A stretch of 64,000 bases of DNA from Gemmatimonadales bacterium (GCA_041390145.1 JAWKQM010000003.1:24148-88147); one strand, 5' to 3'. Positions 28,118 to 38,355 are shown, counted from the stretch's first letter. Numbers and translations: made by a program. The notes: generated by a model from the letters alone, not told the origin.

Positions 28118-28834
28118 ATGAAGAAGACGCCCACGCGCAAACCGGCCAAGAAGGCTGCCGCTGCCACGCCCACCCGCTCCCCCATTTCGATCGTGCTCAT
28201 CGATGACAACCGGCTCATGCGGGAGGGGCTCACCGCGATGATCCACAGGCAACCGGGCTTTCGGGTGCTGGCCGCGTCCGCGGACGTCGAGGAGGCGCTC
28301 GCGAAGGTTCGGGAGGAGCAGCCGGACATCGTCCTGCTGGACTTCGGACTGGCCGACCACGACAGCATCGGCCTGACCGCCACGGTCCGTGCCGATGTCC
28401 CCTCGGCGCGGGTCATCGTGATGGGCCTCCTGCCCCTCCAGGAGCATGTCGCGGACTACGTGCACGCCGGCGCGTCGGGCTTCATCATGCTCAATGCGTC
28501 GTTCGACGAATTCTTTGAGACCATCCGTGCCGTGGCGGACGGCGCCGAAGTCCTGCCGGCCGCGCTTACCAGCTCGCTCTTTTCCCAGATCGTCCGCAAC
28601 GCACCGCTCGAGAACCGGGCACTCGCGCTCGAATCGGTCCGCCTGACCCTCCGGGAACAGGAGATCGTCGCGCTCCTCGGCGAAGGGCTGAGCAACAAGG
28701 AGATCGCGGCGCGGATGGGTGTCGCGGTGCATACCGTCAAGAGCCACGTCCACAACGTGCTCGAGAAGCTCGCCCTGAACAGCCGTCTCGAAGTCGCGGC
28801 GTTCTCCCACAGCCGGGGACCCTCCATCGACTAG
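28118..28834 (+). CDS. NarL/FixJ (LuxR-type) response regulator with a Lys/Pro/Ala-rich N-terminal tail. No histidine kinase lies adjacent.
   Basis: Receiver: 'IVLIDDN...DIVLLDFGLAD'. HTH: 'LTLREQEIVALLGEGLSNKEIAARMGVAVHTVKSHVHNVLEKL'. ATG at 28118 is preferred to TTG at 28106. Confidence 0.85.
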   Translation: MKKTPTRKPAKKAAAATPTRSPISIVLIDDNRLMREGLTAMIHRQPGFRVLAASADVEEALAKVREEQPDIVLLDFGLADHDSIGLTATVRADVPSARVIVMGLLPLQEHVADYVHAGASGFIMLNASFDEFFETIRAVADGAEVLPAALTSSLFSQIVRNAPLENRALALESVRLTLREQEIVALLGEGLSNKEIAARMGVAVHTVKSHVHNVLEKLALNSRLEVAAFSHSRGPSID

Positions 28835-29144
28835 GCGGCTCGTCCCGGGCGTCCCGTCCCGGTCAATGCCGTCAGTGCAGTCGTCGTCCTCCCCTGGATC
28901 TAGTCCCTAATCCAACCCATCGAGCGATACCCGGCCCCGGGCCCGGTGCGTAGCCTTCTATCGTGAAGGTCGCGCACCCTGTGGTCGTTGCTCTGGTCGA
29001 TGGATGAAACCGGGTTGCAGCGCGTGCGGGGTCCTGATCGGCATGAAGCAACATCGAGGCGGGAGTCGCCGGCATCGGCCTGTGGTTCCACCTGCGGTGA
29101 GCAGTCCCGGCGCGATTGCGCCGTTTCACCCAATAGAGGTCAAG

Positions 29145-29771
29145 ATGGCAAACATGATGATGGCCGGGCTCGTCGCAATCAACTTCCTCGCTTGCGGCCA
29201 GGGCGCACCGGCAGGAACGGCGGCGAAGGCCGCCGCCAACCCGTCGCTGGCCAACGGCACCACGATCGACGTGACGACCTCCAGGACGATCACCTCCCGC
29301 AGTGACAAGGAGGGCGCGTCGCTGATGACGACCGTCGACGCCGACGTCAAGAACAGCGCGGGACGGGTTGTCATCCCCGCCGGGTCCACCGTCGAGCTGG
29401 TCATCACCGAGATCTCGCCGGCCAAGACCAAGAGCGCGAAGGACGGCACCCTGACTCTGCGTGTCGCCGGCGTCACGGTGGGTGGACAGACCTATCCCCT
29501 GGCCGCGGACATCACCTCCATCTCTCACTCGCTCAAGGGGCGTGGCGTCACCGTGGGTGAGGTGGAAAAGGTGGCGGCGGGTACGGCCATCGGTGCGGTC
29601 GCGGGGCGGATCATCGGCGGCGACTCCAAGGGCACGATTATCGGGGCCGCGGTCGGGACCGCGGGCGGGGCCGTAGTGGCCAACGAGACAGCGAGCCGGG
29701 ACGTCGTGATCGATGCTGGATCGCCCATCGAGCTGACGCTGACCGGTCCACTGACCTTGGCGGCACGATGA
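29145..29771 (+). CDS. Lipoprotein with a C-terminal glycine-zipper segment.
   Basis: Trimmed to the ATG at 29145. Lipobox 'NFLAC'. 'AAGTAIGAVAGRIIGGDSKGTIIGAAVGTAGGAVVA'. Confidence 0.65.
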   Translation: MANMMMAGLVAINFLACGQGAPAGTAAKAAANPSLANGTTIDVTTSRTITSRSDKEGASLMTTVDADVKNSAGRVVIPAGSTVELVITEISPAKTKSAKDGTLTLRVAGVTVGGQTYPLAADITSISHSLKGRGVTVGEVEKVAAGTAIGAVAGRIIGGDSKGTIIGAAVGTAGGAVVANETASRDVVIDAGSPIELTLTGPLTLAAR

Positions 29772-29989
29772 ACCGCACCGTGAGCCTGGCTGCCGGCGTC
29801 GTATTGATCTGTCTGGGCGCGTTCGTGCTGCTCAAGGGCGCCAACGTCACGTCCCGGAAGGACGTGCTCAGCGTGGGCGATGTGAAGATCACGGCCAATG
29901 AATCGCGCAGCGTCCCGCCATGGGCGGCGGGCATCGCCGTCGCCGCCGGCGTCGTGCTGCTCGTGGCCGGCGCGCGGCAGCGCACGTGA
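29768..29989 (+). CDS. 73-aa two-TM membrane protein (DUF3185-like).
   Basis: ATGA overlap with the previous gene. Two hydrophobic spans, 'LAAGVVLICLGAFVLL' and 'AAGIAVAAGVVLLVAGA'. Confidence 0.55.
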   Translation: MNRTVSLAAGVVLICLGAFVLLKGANVTSRKDVLSVGDVKITANESRSVPPWAAGIAVAAGVVLLVAGARQRT

Positions 29990-30138
29990 AAAAGCCCGCG
30001 CCCTCGCGCTCGAAGAGACCGATCCGCCCACGACTCGAGGTAGATCCCTCGCGGGAGGCGGCGCGGATCGCATACGACAAGGCCAAGGCAGCGCACGAGG
30101 CGGCCGAGAAGGCGTCCCCGAGGGGGCTGCCCCGATGA
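29986..30138 (+). CDS. 50-aa highly basic small protein (tentative).
   Basis: GTG at 29986 overlaps the TGA of the previous ORF (GTGA). By my hand count about 41 of 50 third positions are G/C. It ends in an ATGA overlap with the next ORF. Confidence 0.4.
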   Translation: MKKPAPSRSKRPIRPRLEVDPSREAARIAYDKAKAAHEAAEKASPRGLPR

Positions 30139-30245
30139 TGCAGGAATATGCGGTGCACACGGGATGGATGTGGGTGCCGGCGGTCGTTGGGATCCTTGTC
30201 CTGTTCCTGCTGATGCTGATGATCGGCAGGACGTCCAAGAAGTAG
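30135..30245 (+). CDS. 36-aa single-TM micro-protein (tentative).
   Basis: ATGA overlap with the previous ORF. 'MMQEYAVHTGWMWVPAVVGILVLFLLMLMIGRTSKK'. Confidence 0.4.
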   Translation: MMQEYAVHTGWMWVPAVVGILVLFLLMLMIGRTSKK

Positions 30246-30279
30246 TCCTTCCATCCGGACTTCGGTCCAGGAGCACACC

Positions 30280-30537
30280 ATGGATATCGTCACCTGGCTG
30301 ATCGTCGGCCTGGTCGCCGGCCTGCTTGCGAGCTTTGCCATCGGGGGAGTGGGGTACGGCATTCTGGGGGACATCGTCGTCGGTATCGTCGGTGCGTTTG
30401 TCGGAGGCTGGTTGTTCAACCAGCTGAACATCGCCTCGCCGTGGGGCGGCCTCGCCGGCGTCATCTTCGTCGCCTTCGTCGGCGCCGTGGTGCTCCTCCT
30501 CGGCTTGCGCGCCCTGCGGCCGATGCGCGCGCGATAG
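30280..30537 (+). CDS. GlsB/YeaQ/YmgE-family (transglycosylase-associated) stress membrane protein.
   Basis: 'IVTWLIVGLVAGLLA...GILGDIVVGIVGAFVGGWLF' is the family signature. Confidence 0.85.
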   Translation: MDIVTWLIVGLVAGLLASFAIGGVGYGILGDIVVGIVGAFVGGWLFNQLNIASPWGGLAGVIFVAFVGAVVLLLGLRALRPMRAR

Positions 30538-30600
30538 CCCGACCGGTGGCAGACCACAACCGGCGCCAGACCTAACTCAACACCACTAAGGACAGCACAC

Positions 30601-31056
30601 ATGGCAACACGACGTATCGTTCCCGCTCTCATCCTGCTGCTTGCCCTCCTGTTCGCGGGCACGGCGCAGGCGCAGTCCCAATCTGTGCATTTCGGTCCCC
30701 GGCTGTCGTACCAGTTTGATGCCGAGGCCATCGGGCTGGGCGCCCAGCTCAGCGTGCCGATCGCCAGTCACGTCGAGTTCTATCCCTCGTTCGATGTCTT
30801 CTTCGTCGATCCAGGGTCGCTCTGGAGCCTGAATGTCGACCTCAAGTGGCGGGTGGCGCCGGCGTCGGCCAGCTGGCTCTACCTCGGCACCGGTTTGAAC
30901 ATCATGGATGGCGGTGGGGATTCGCAGGCGGGGCTCAACCTGTTCGGTGGCATCCAGTCGCTGAAGGGGCAGGTCCATCCCTTTGCCGAAATGCGGTTCG
31001 TGGTGAATGACAACTCCACCGCGCAGCTCGCCGCCGGCCTGAACTTCGTCCTGTAG
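30601..31056 (+). CDS. Small outer-membrane beta-barrel protein.
   Basis: Signal 'ILLLALLFAGTAQAQ'. Alternating-residue strands ('WLYLGTGLNIM', 'AQLAAGLNFVL'). Confidence 0.55.
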   Translation: MATRRIVPALILLLALLFAGTAQAQSQSVHFGPRLSYQFDAEAIGLGAQLSVPIASHVEFYPSFDVFFVDPGSLWSLNVDLKWRVAPASASWLYLGTGLNIMDGGGDSQAGLNLFGGIQSLKGQVHPFAEMRFVVNDNSTAQLAAGLNFVL

Positions 31057-31086
31057 GTCGGTGCCCATGCCGGGAGCAGTGTCCGC

Positions 31087-32130
31087 ATGACCAATGCCGC
31101 ACCACGGATGCCGACGAGCTTGCTCGTCGGCATCTTCCTCATACTCCTGACGGCGGCACTTCGCCTCGGCGCCGGCCTCCTGCTCCCCATCGCGATCGCC
31201 GGGATGTTCACGCTGCTGCTCGACCCCGCCGTCCGCGCCCTGCGGCGGCTGGGGCTTCCGACGACCCTCGGCGCGTTCCTGGTGGTGTTCGGGACGGTGG
31301 GTGTCCTGGCCGGTGGGGCGACCATGCTGGCCAAGCCGGCATCGGAGTGGATGGTGTCTGCCCCGGCCGTGCTGACGAAGGCGCAAAAGAAGATTCGCCG
31401 CATGACGAGGTCGATCCAGGAAACCGCCATCCAGGTCGAGAAGGCCACCGAGGCGACGCCGCAGTCCGGCCCTCCGACCGTACAGATCAAGGCCCCCGGG
31501 CTGCTCCAGCGCCTCCAAGTGAGTACCACGAGCCTGGCCGTCACCTCCGTGACCGTCGTGTTCCTCACCTATTTCCTGCTGGCCATGTTGCCGCGGTTCC
31601 GGAAGAAGCTGGCTGACCTGATCGGCGACCTGGCGGGAACGAAGGACATGGAGTCGGTGATCACGGAAATCGAGACCCAGATGTCGCGGTATGTCCTGCT
31701 CAACACCGTGACCCGCGCGGGAGTGAGCCTGGCCGTCTGGGTGCTGCTGGCGGCGGCGGGGCTCCCCGGGGCCATCTTCTGGGCGTTGCTGACCTTCCTG
31801 CTCAGCTTCATCCCGTATGCGGGCGCGCTGGCAGCGACGTTCCTGGTCGGCCTCGCCGCCTTGGTGTCGTTCGACGACACGGGCCGGATCCTGGTCGTGT
31901 TTCTCGGCAGCGGCCTGATTCACGTGGTCGAGGGCAATTTCGTGACCCCGCACCTGATGGGGCGGCATCTGCCGCTCAACCCGGTGGCGATCTTCGTCTG
32001 CCTGCTCTACTGGGGGTGGGTGTGGGGACCGGTCGGCGCGCTGATGGCGGTGCCGCTGACGGTCATGCTGCAGATTCTTCTCCTGCGCAGTGCCCGGTTG
32101 CGTCCGGTCGGCATTCTCCTGGACAACTGA
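31087..32130 (+). CDS. AI-2E (PerM/YdiK) family transporter.
   Basis: 'FLLSFIPYAGALAATFLVGL...HVVEGNFVTPHLMGRHLPLNPVAIFVCLLYWGWVWGPVGALMAVPLT'. Confidence 0.85.
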   Translation: MTNAAPRMPTSLLVGIFLILLTAALRLGAGLLLPIAIAGMFTLLLDPAVRALRRLGLPTTLGAFLVVFGTVGVLAGGATMLAKPASEWMVSAPAVLTKAQKKIRRMTRSIQETAIQVEKATEATPQSGPPTVQIKAPGLLQRLQVSTTSLAVTSVTVVFLTYFLLAMLPRFRKKLADLIGDLAGTKDMESVITEIETQMSRYVLLNTVTRAGVSLAVWVLLAAAGLPGAIFWALLTFLLSFIPYAGALAATFLVGLAALVSFDDTGRILVVFLGSGLIHVVEGNFVTPHLMGRHLPLNPVAIFVCLLYWGWVWGPVGALMAVPLTVMLQILLLRSARLRPVGILLDN

Positions 32131-32198
32131 GCGGGGGGCCGCCACCCGGCGCCGTCATCACGACGCCGAGTGGATCCGGGCCCGGGCCACGGAGCCTC

Positions 32199-33455
32199 CT
32201 AGATGAACTGTGCCGTCTCCGTGCTCCCCTCCAGCGCCAGCGTCGAGCTCTGGCCCGCCGACACCACCTGCGCCACGGCGTCGAAATACCCGGCGCCCAC
32301 CTCCCGCTGGTGCTTGGTGGCCGTGTACCCGTGGGCTTCGGAGGCGAACTCGGCTTGCTGCAACTCCGAATAGGCCGACATTGCCCGCTCCCGGTACGCT
32401 CGCGCCAGCTCGAACATCGAGTGGTTGATGGAGTGGAACCCGGCCAAGGTCACGAACTGGAACTTGTAGCCCATCTCGGCCAGTTCCCGCTGGAACTTGG
32501 CGATGGTCGGCTTGTCGAGATGCTTCTCCCAGTTGAACGACGGGCTGCAGTTGTAGGTCAGCAACTTGCCGGGGAACTTGGCATGGACGCCCTCGGCGAA
32601 CTGCCGTGCCTCATCCAGGTCCGGCGTCGAGGTCTCACACCACAGCATGTCGGCGTACGGGGCGTATTCGATGGCCCGTGCAATGGCCATCTCGACGCCG
32701 TTCCGGATATGGAAGAATCCTTCCGGGGTCCGCGGCTCGTCCTTGATGAAGGGGCGGTCGCGCGGGTCGGCGTCGCTGGTGATCAGCGTGGCGGAGTCGG
32801 CGTCGGTGCGCGCAATGAGAATCGTCGGCACGTCGGACACGTCGGCGGCGAGCCGCGCGGCTACCAGCGTCCGGATGAACTGGCTGGTCGGTACCAGCAC
32901 CTTGCCGCCGAGGTGGCCGCACTTCTTCTCGGAGCTCAGCTGGTCCTCGAAGTGCACGCCGGCCGCCCCCGCCTCGATCATCGCCTTCATCAATTCGAAG
33001 GCGTTCAACGCGCCGCCGAACCCCGCCTCCGCGTCCGCCACGATCGGCGCAAACCAGTGCGTCTTGCTCGGCTTCCCCTCGGCGTACTCGATCTGGTCAG
33101 CCCGCTGCAGTGCGTTGTTGATCCGCCGCACCATCATCGGGACCGAGTTCACCGGGTAGAGGCTCTGGTCGGGATACATCGAGCAGGCGTCGTTCCCGTC
33201 GGCCGCCACCTGCCAGCCGGAGCAATAGACAGCCGGCAGCCCCGCCCGGACCTGCTGCATCGCCTGGTTGCCGGTCACGGCGCCCAGCGACTGCACGTAT
33301 TCCGTTGTGTGCAACAAATCCCAGAGCCGCTCGGCGCCGAGGCGGGCCAGGGTGTGTTCCACGCGCACGCTGCCGCGGAGACGGGTGACATCGGCGTCAG
33401 TATACGGGCGCGTGATGCCGGCCCAGCGGTTGCCTTTGCCATTGGTCGAAGACAT
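32199..33455 (-). CDS. aceA: Isocitrate lyase.
   Basis: '[12 protein letters not shown]', the catalytic '[13 protein letters not shown]', and 'IARTDA'. 418 aa. Confidence 0.95.
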   Translation of the reverse strand: MSSTNGKGNRWAGITRPYTDADVTRLRGSVRVEHTLARLGAERLWDLLHTTEYVQSLGAVTGNQAMQQVRAGLPAVYCSGWQVAADGNDACSMYPDQSLYPVNSVPMMVRRINNALQRADQIEYAEGKPSKTHWFAPIVADAEAGFGGALNAFELMKAMIEAGAAGVHFEDQLSSEKKCGHLGGKVLVPTSQFIRTLVAARLAADVSDVPTILIARTDADSATLITSDADPRDRPFIKDEPRTPEGFFHIRNGVEMAIARAIEYAPYADMLWCETSTPDLDEARQFAEGVHAKFPGKLLTYNCSPSFNWEKHLDKPTIAKFQRELAEMGYKFQFVTLAGFHSINHSMFELARAYRERAMSAYSELQQAEFASEAHGYTATKHQREVGAGYFDAVAQVVSAGQSSTLALEGSTETAQFI

Positions 33456-33471
33456 GGGGGCTCTCAGTCGG

Positions 33472-35070
33472 TCAGGGGGTGTCGAGCATGGGATACGCCG
33501 GGAGCGTCAGGAACTCGACGAACTCCCTGGCGGTGGACAGTTCGGTAAACAGGTCGCGCGCCTCGTCGTACCGCGCCGCGGTGAAGCGCGCCTCGCCGAC
33601 TTCGTCCTTGATGCCGGCATACTCCTCAGTCACCATCCGGCGAAAGGCGGCGTCAGTCAGCACGGCCGAGGTCCCGTCGGCCATCGTGATATCGACCTCA
33701 TTGTGCAGCCACTGCCACACCTGCGAGCGGCAGATTTCCGCGGTGGCGGCGTCTTCCATCAGGTCGTAGAGCGGGACGCAGCCGTTGCCCGACAGCCATG
33801 CCGCCAGGTAGTGGATGCCGACCCGGATATTGTGCCGCAGCCCCGCCTCGGTCCGGGTCCCTTCCGGTACCGCCAGCAGGTCCGCGGCGGTGACCTGCAC
33901 ATCCTCGCGGAGCACGCCGAGCTGGTTGCGCTTCGTGCCGAGGACGCTGGTGAAGACCTCCAGCGCGATCGGGACCAGGCCGGGATGGGCCACCCAGGTG
34001 CCGTCGTGTCCGTCGCCCGCCTCGCGCCGCTTGTCAACGCGGACCTTTTCCAGGGCCGCCTCGTTGCGCGCGTCATCTCCCTTGATCGGGATCTGCGCCG
34101 CCATCCCGCCCATGGCGAAGGCGCCCCGGCGGTGACAGGTCTTGATGAGGAGGGTGGTGTACGAGCGCATGCAGTGCGCCGCCATCGTCACCTGGGCGCG
34201 GTCGGGGAGAACGCGGCCCGGGACCGCCTTGAGCGTCTTGATGACGGAGAAGATGTAGTCCCAGCGGCCGCAATTGAGCCCGACGATATGGTCGCGCAGT
34301 TCGTACAGGATCTCGTCCATCTCGAAGGCCGCCGGCAGCGTCTCGATGAGGATGGTCGCGCGCGCGGTGCCGACCGGCAGGCCGAGCGTCTGCTCAGCGT
34401 AGGTCATCACCTCGTTCCACCACCGCGCCTCGAGATGCCCCTGCAGCTTCGGGAGGTAGTAGTAGGGGCCGGACTTCCGCGCGAGGAGCTCCTTCGCGTT
34501 GTGGAAGAGGTAGAGGCCGAAGTCGAAGAGCGGTGCCGGAACCGGGGCGCCGTCCACGGCGAAGTGGCGCTCCTCGAGGTGCAGCCCGCGAGGCCGCACC
34601 AGCAGCACGGCGATCTTCTTGTCGAGCCGGTACGACTTCCCGCTGTTCGGGTCCACGTAGTCGATCTGGCGCCGGACCGCGTCCATCAGGTTCCCCTGGC
34701 CCGCGATCACGTTGTCCCAGGTGGGGGAAAGGGAGTCCTCGAAGTCGGCCATGAACACCTGCGCCCCGGAGTTGAGCGCGTTGATGATCATCTTCCGGTC
34801 GACCGGCCCGGTGATCTCGACCCGGCGGTCGAGGAGGTCGGCGGGAATCGGCGCTACCGTCCAGTCGGACGCCCGGACCTCGGCGGTATCCTCCAGGAAG
34901 TCCAGCTGTTCGGTGCCGGCATCGAGACGCGCCTGGCGCGCGGCGCGCGCCGCCAGCAACTCCTGGAGGGGAGCTCGAAACCGGCGGGTCAGGTCTTCAA
35001 TGAAGGCGCGCGCCTCAGGGCTGAGAACGCGAGCGAGATCGGCGGGCGCGGGGGCGGCCTGCAGGGCCAT
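33472..35070 (-). CDS. aceB: Malate synthase A.
   Basis: Trimmed to the ATG at 35070. '[33 protein letters not shown]' and '[12 protein letters not shown]'. Lies directly upstream of aceA. Confidence 0.95.
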   Translation of the reverse strand: MALQAAPAPADLARVLSPEARAFIEDLTRRFRAPLQELLAARAARQARLDAGTEQLDFLEDTAEVRASDWTVAPIPADLLDRRVEITGPVDRKMIINALNSGAQVFMADFEDSLSPTWDNVIAGQGNLMDAVRRQIDYVDPNSGKSYRLDKKIAVLLVRPRGLHLEERHFAVDGAPVPAPLFDFGLYLFHNAKELLARKSGPYYYLPKLQGHLEARWWNEVMTYAEQTLGLPVGTARATILIETLPAAFEMDEILYELRDHIVGLNCGRWDYIFSVIKTLKAVPGRVLPDRAQVTMAAHCMRSYTTLLIKTCHRRGAFAMGGMAAQIPIKGDDARNEAALEKVRVDKRREAGDGHDGTWVAHPGLVPIALEVFTSVLGTKRNQLGVLREDVQVTAADLLAVPEGTRTEAGLRHNIRVGIHYLAAWLSGNGCVPLYDLMEDAATAEICRSQVWQWLHNEVDITMADGTSAVLTDAAFRRMVTEEYAGIKDEVGEARFTAARYDEARDLFTELSTAREFVEFLTLPAYPMLDTP

Positions 35071-35219
35071 GACAGGTGCTCCGGTAAGAGTCACACGAAA
35101 AGTGGTGCGGGGTGGTACTGGAGACCGTGGGATTATCGTGAAAATCCGGTGCGGCTCACGGAGCGACACGAGAGGCAAGTTCCGGGCTTGGAAGGGAGTC
35201 CCTGTCGGATCTCGTAAGG

Positions 35220-35248
35220 TATTAAATATCAAAGACTTAAAGCAGCAA
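35220..35248 (-). promoter_or_regulatory. Candidate promoter for aceBA in an AT-rich patch (minus strand: TTGCTG-17 nt-TTAATA).
   Basis: Hand count of 35211-35250 is 13/40 G+C. The nearby dyad CATCC-ATAC-GGATG (about 35309-35322) could be an operator. Confidence 0.3.
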
Positions 35249-35339
35249 GTCGAGCGGCGCTGTTGCATGCAGGAAACGGTCAGGCCGAGGCCCCCTGCGA
35301 CAACATCCGTATGGATGCGGAGTGGTGACGCGTTCGGAC

Positions 35340-36407
35340 CTATGGCCCAGCCGCCCCGCTGCCCCGCTGCCCCGCCAACTGCCCACACGCCGCCTTGATG
35401 TCCAGCCCCCGGCTCCGCCGGACCACCGCCTCCACGCCGCGCGCCTGCAACCGCCCAGCAAAGTTCTTGATCTTGTTCGATGGAGTCGGCTCCAGCCCCG
35501 GCGCCCCGCCCGGATGAAGCGGCAGCAGGTTTACCAGCGCGCCGTGCCTATTGGCCAGGGCCGCCAGGGCGTCGGCGTCCTGGTCGCTGTCATTCTTCCC
35601 GGCGATCATCACGTACTCGAAGGTGATCCGCTTCCGGAACGCCGTCGCCGCCTGGAGGACCGCCTCCAGGTCGTATTTCTTCTCGATCGGCATGATCGCC
35701 AGCCGCCGCGCCGCCGTGGGTGCGTGCAGCGAGATGGCCAGCCGGAACTGTTCCGGGCGGGCCGCCAGCTTCTTCATGCCCGGGATGATGCCGACGGTGC
35801 TCACCGTGATGTGCCGCGCGCCGATGCCGAGCCCGTCCGGGTTGTTCAGGATGCTCAGGGAGACGTCCACCCCCGGCCAGTTGAGGAGCGGCTCCCCCAT
35901 CCCCATGTACACGATGTTGCTCGGTTTGTCGGCCGGGTCGCGCAGCATCACCTCGCGCACCTGGCCGGCGATCTCGAAGGGGCTCAGGTTCCGGCGAAAC
36001 CCCATCAACCCTGTCGCGCAGAACACGCATCCGAGGGCGCAGCCTGCCTGTGAGGAGATGCAGAGAGTACGGCGCGAGCCGGACGGAATGAGCACCGACT
36101 CCACCGCCTCGCCGTCGTCCAGCCGCCAGAGGAACTTCCGCGTCCCGTCCTGGGAGAGCTCCGAGAGCTCCTCCTTGAGACGTCGGAGTGGAAAAGTCTC
36201 GTCCAGCTCGACGCGGAGTGCCGCCGGGAGCTCGGTCGCGTCGCTCCAGGCCCTGATTGGCTGAACCCAGAGCCGGCGGTGAAGTTGATCCGCGCGGTAG
36301 TTCGGGAGCCCCCGCTCCTCGACCCACGTCGTCAGCCGCGCACGCGCGGCATCAGGGGTGAGGTCGAGAATGGTATCGGCCGGTGGAGCGACTCGAGGAG
36401 ATGTCAT
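35340..36407 (-). CDS. rlmN: 23S rRNA/tRNA (adenine-C2)-methyltransferase, radical SAM.
   Basis: Trimmed to the ATG at 36407. '[18 protein letters not shown]' CxxxCxxC cluster and 'MGMGEPLLN'. Confidence 0.9.
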   Translation of the reverse strand: MTSPRVAPPADTILDLTPDAARARLTTWVEERGLPNYRADQLHRRLWVQPIRAWSDATELPAALRVELDETFPLRRLKEELSELSQDGTRKFLWRLDDGEAVESVLIPSGSRRTLCISSQAGCALGCVFCATGLMGFRRNLSPFEIAGQVREVMLRDPADKPSNIVYMGMGEPLLNWPGVDVSLSILNNPDGLGIGARHITVSTVGIIPGMKKLAARPEQFRLAISLHAPTAARRLAIMPIEKKYDLEAVLQAATAFRKRITFEYVMIAGKNDSDQDADALAALANRHGALVNLLPLHPGGAPGLEPTPSNKIKNFAGRLQARGVEAVVRRSRGLDIKAACGQLAGQRGSGAAGP

Positions 36408-36582
36408 GCTCGAAAGATACTCGCTCGGTCGTGGCGAGGGGTCCGCCAGCGCGGGCCGACACGGCGATCCGGGGCACCTAAGCCCTTCTGTTTGAATTAC
36501 TTGCCCGTCCCTCGGGCGGCGGTTACGTTTCCCGTAGCCGCGGCCCTCCGCCGCCCTCCCGACTCCGCAAGGAAACCGCCGC

Positions 36583-38355
36583 ATGACGGCTACCGCACAC
36601 CGTACGCACCTCTGTGGAGCCCTGACCCGCGACGACGCGGGCCAGACCGTCCGCCTCGGCGGCTGGGTGCACCGGCGCCGCGATCTCGGCGGCCTCGTCT
36701 TCCTCGATCTACGCGACCGCGCCGGCCTGGTGCAGCTCTCCTTCGATCCGCGCTGGAGCCCGCCCGATGTCATCGCGCGCGCCGCCTCGGTCGGCCCCGA
36801 GACCGTCGTGCTGGTCGAGGGCGAAGTCGAGGTTCGCCCCGAGATCGGCCGCGACGCGGGGATGGCCTCGCGTGAGGTCGAGGTGCACGTGCGGCAGCTG
36901 ACGGTCGCAGGCCCGGCGGTCACTCCCGCCATTCCGGTGGCGCGGAAGGAGGGCGAGGAACTCCCGTCGGAGGAACTCCGTCTCCGTCACCGGGTGCTGG
37001 ACCTCCGCCGCCCCGAACTCCAGCGCAACCTGATCCTCCGGCACCGGCTCCTGCAGCGGAGCCGCCGGACGATGTCCGAGCTCGGCTTCCTGGAAATCGA
37101 AACGCCGATCCTCACCAAGCCGACCCCGGAGGGTGCGCGCGACTACCTCGTCCCCAGCAGCGTCCATCGCGGCGAGTTCTACGCGCTCCCGCAGTCGCCG
37201 CAGATCTACAAGCAGCTGCTGATGGTGGCCGGGTACGACCGCTACTTCCAGCTGGCGCGCTGTTTCCGCGACGAGGATCTCCGCGCCGATAGGCAGCCCG
37301 AGTTCACCCAGATCGATATCGAAGCGTCGTTCGTCGGCCCGGAGGATGTGCAGGCCGTCGTCGAGCAGGTGCTGGTGGACCTCTGGGCCGAGGCGGGGCA
37401 TGCGATCGCGCATCCCTTCCGCCGGATCACCTACCGGCAGGCGATGGAGTTGTATGGCGTGGACAAGCCCGACCTGCGCTACGGCTTCGAGATCCAGGAC
37501 CTGACTGCGCTCGTCGCGCCGGACGCCGCCCCGTTTGTCCGGACCGCCATCGACGGGGGTGGCCGGGTGCGCGGCATCGTCGCGGCGGGCCAGGCCGACG
37601 CCAGCCGCAAGGAACTCGACGCGCTCGGCGCGCTCGCGAAGGACGCCGGCGCCGGTGGCCTCATCTGGGCCAAGCGGACCGCCGCCGGGTGGGAAGGGCA
37701 GGGGGTCAAGGCCATCGGCGCCGCGACGCTCGCGCAGCTCGGCGGCACCGTGGGCGACCTGCTCCTCGCGGTCGCCGGCCCCGACGCGGTGACCTCCCCG
37801 GCGCTGCATGCGGTCCGCAGCGGGCTCACCCGGCGCCCGGGCGTCCTTCCATCCACGGAGCACGCCTTCTGCTGGGTGGTGGACTTTCCGCTCTTTGAGC
37901 AGGATCCGGCCAGCGGCGAGTGGTCGCCGGCGCACCATCCATTTACGGCACCGCATCCCGACGACGCTGCGCGGCTCCGCAGCGAGCCCTGGTCGTGCCG
38001 CGCCCTCCACTATGACGCCGTATACAACGGGAACGAACTCGGCAGCGGGTCGATCCGCATCACGACGCCGGAACTCCAGACCACGATCTTCGAGCTGCTG
38101 AAGATTCCGGAGCCCGACATCCGCCGCCGCTTCGGCTTTCTCCTCGACGGCCTCGCCGCCGGCGCGCCGCCGCATGGCGGCTTCGCGCTCGGTTTCGACC
38201 GGATCGTCATGCTCCTCGCCGGCGCCACGTCGCTTCGCGACGTGATCGCCTTCCCGAAATCCACCGCCGCCCGTGCCCTCTTCGAGGGCGCCCCCACCAC
38301 CGTGGACGCGAAGGATCTCGCCGCGCTCCACCTGGAGGTCACTGGTGAAGGCTGA
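36583..38355 (+). CDS. aspS: Aspartate--tRNA ligase.
   Basis: 'GWVHRRRDLGGLVFLDLRDRAGLVQ', 'FYALPQSPQIYKQLLM', 'FRDEDLRADRQPEFTQID', 'GGFALGFDR'. Confidence 0.95.
   Translation: MTATAHRTHLCGALTRDDAGQTVRLGGWVHRRRDLGGLVFLDLRDRAGLVQLSFDPRWSPPDVIARAASVGPETVVLVEGEVEVRPEIGRDAGMASREVEVHVRQLTVAGPAVTPAIPVARKEGEELPSEELRLRHRVLDLRRPELQRNLILRHRLLQRSRRTMSELGFLEIETPILTKPTPEGARDYLVPSSVHRGEFYALPQSPQIYKQLLMVAGYDRYFQLARCFRDEDLRADRQPEFTQIDIEASFVGPEDVQAVVEQVLVDLWAEAGHAIAHPFRRITYRQAMELYGVDKPDLRYGFEIQDLTALVAPDAAPFVRTAIDGGGRVRGIVAAGQADASRKELDALGALAKDAGAGGLIWAKRTAAGWEGQGVKAIGAATLAQLGGTVGDLLLAVAGPDAVTSPALHAVRSGLTRRPGVLPSTEHAFCWVVDFPLFEQDPASGEWSPAHHPFTAPHPDDAARLRSEPWSCRALHYDAVYNGNELGSGSIRITTPELQTTIFELLKIPEPDIRRRFGFLLDGLAAGAPPHGGFALGFDRIVMLLAGATSLRDVIAFPKSTAARALFEGAPTTVDAKDLAALHLEVTGEG

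Noticed and set aside
29898-30245. 115-aa and 72-aa ORFs (29898..30245 and 29920..30138) as listed in the ORF track.
   Set aside because: Their 5' parts overlap the well-supported 2-TM ORF and are Arg/Ala/Gly junk. I kept only the 3' portions that start at the GTGA/ATGA overlaps (29986 and 30135).
30586-32145. 519-aa ORF on the minus strand. Similar cases are 41803..43437, 47742..49589, 49907..51340 and 51982..53502.
   Set aside because: All lie antisense to well-supported genes (AI-2E transporter, mgtE, carboxyltransferase, S8 protease, AtuA-like). They are His/Arg/Pro/Gly-rich and carry no motifs.
33268-35217. 649-aa ORF on the plus strand.
   Set aside because: It is antisense to malate synthase (aceB) and has a mirror-frame composition typical of high-GC artefacts.
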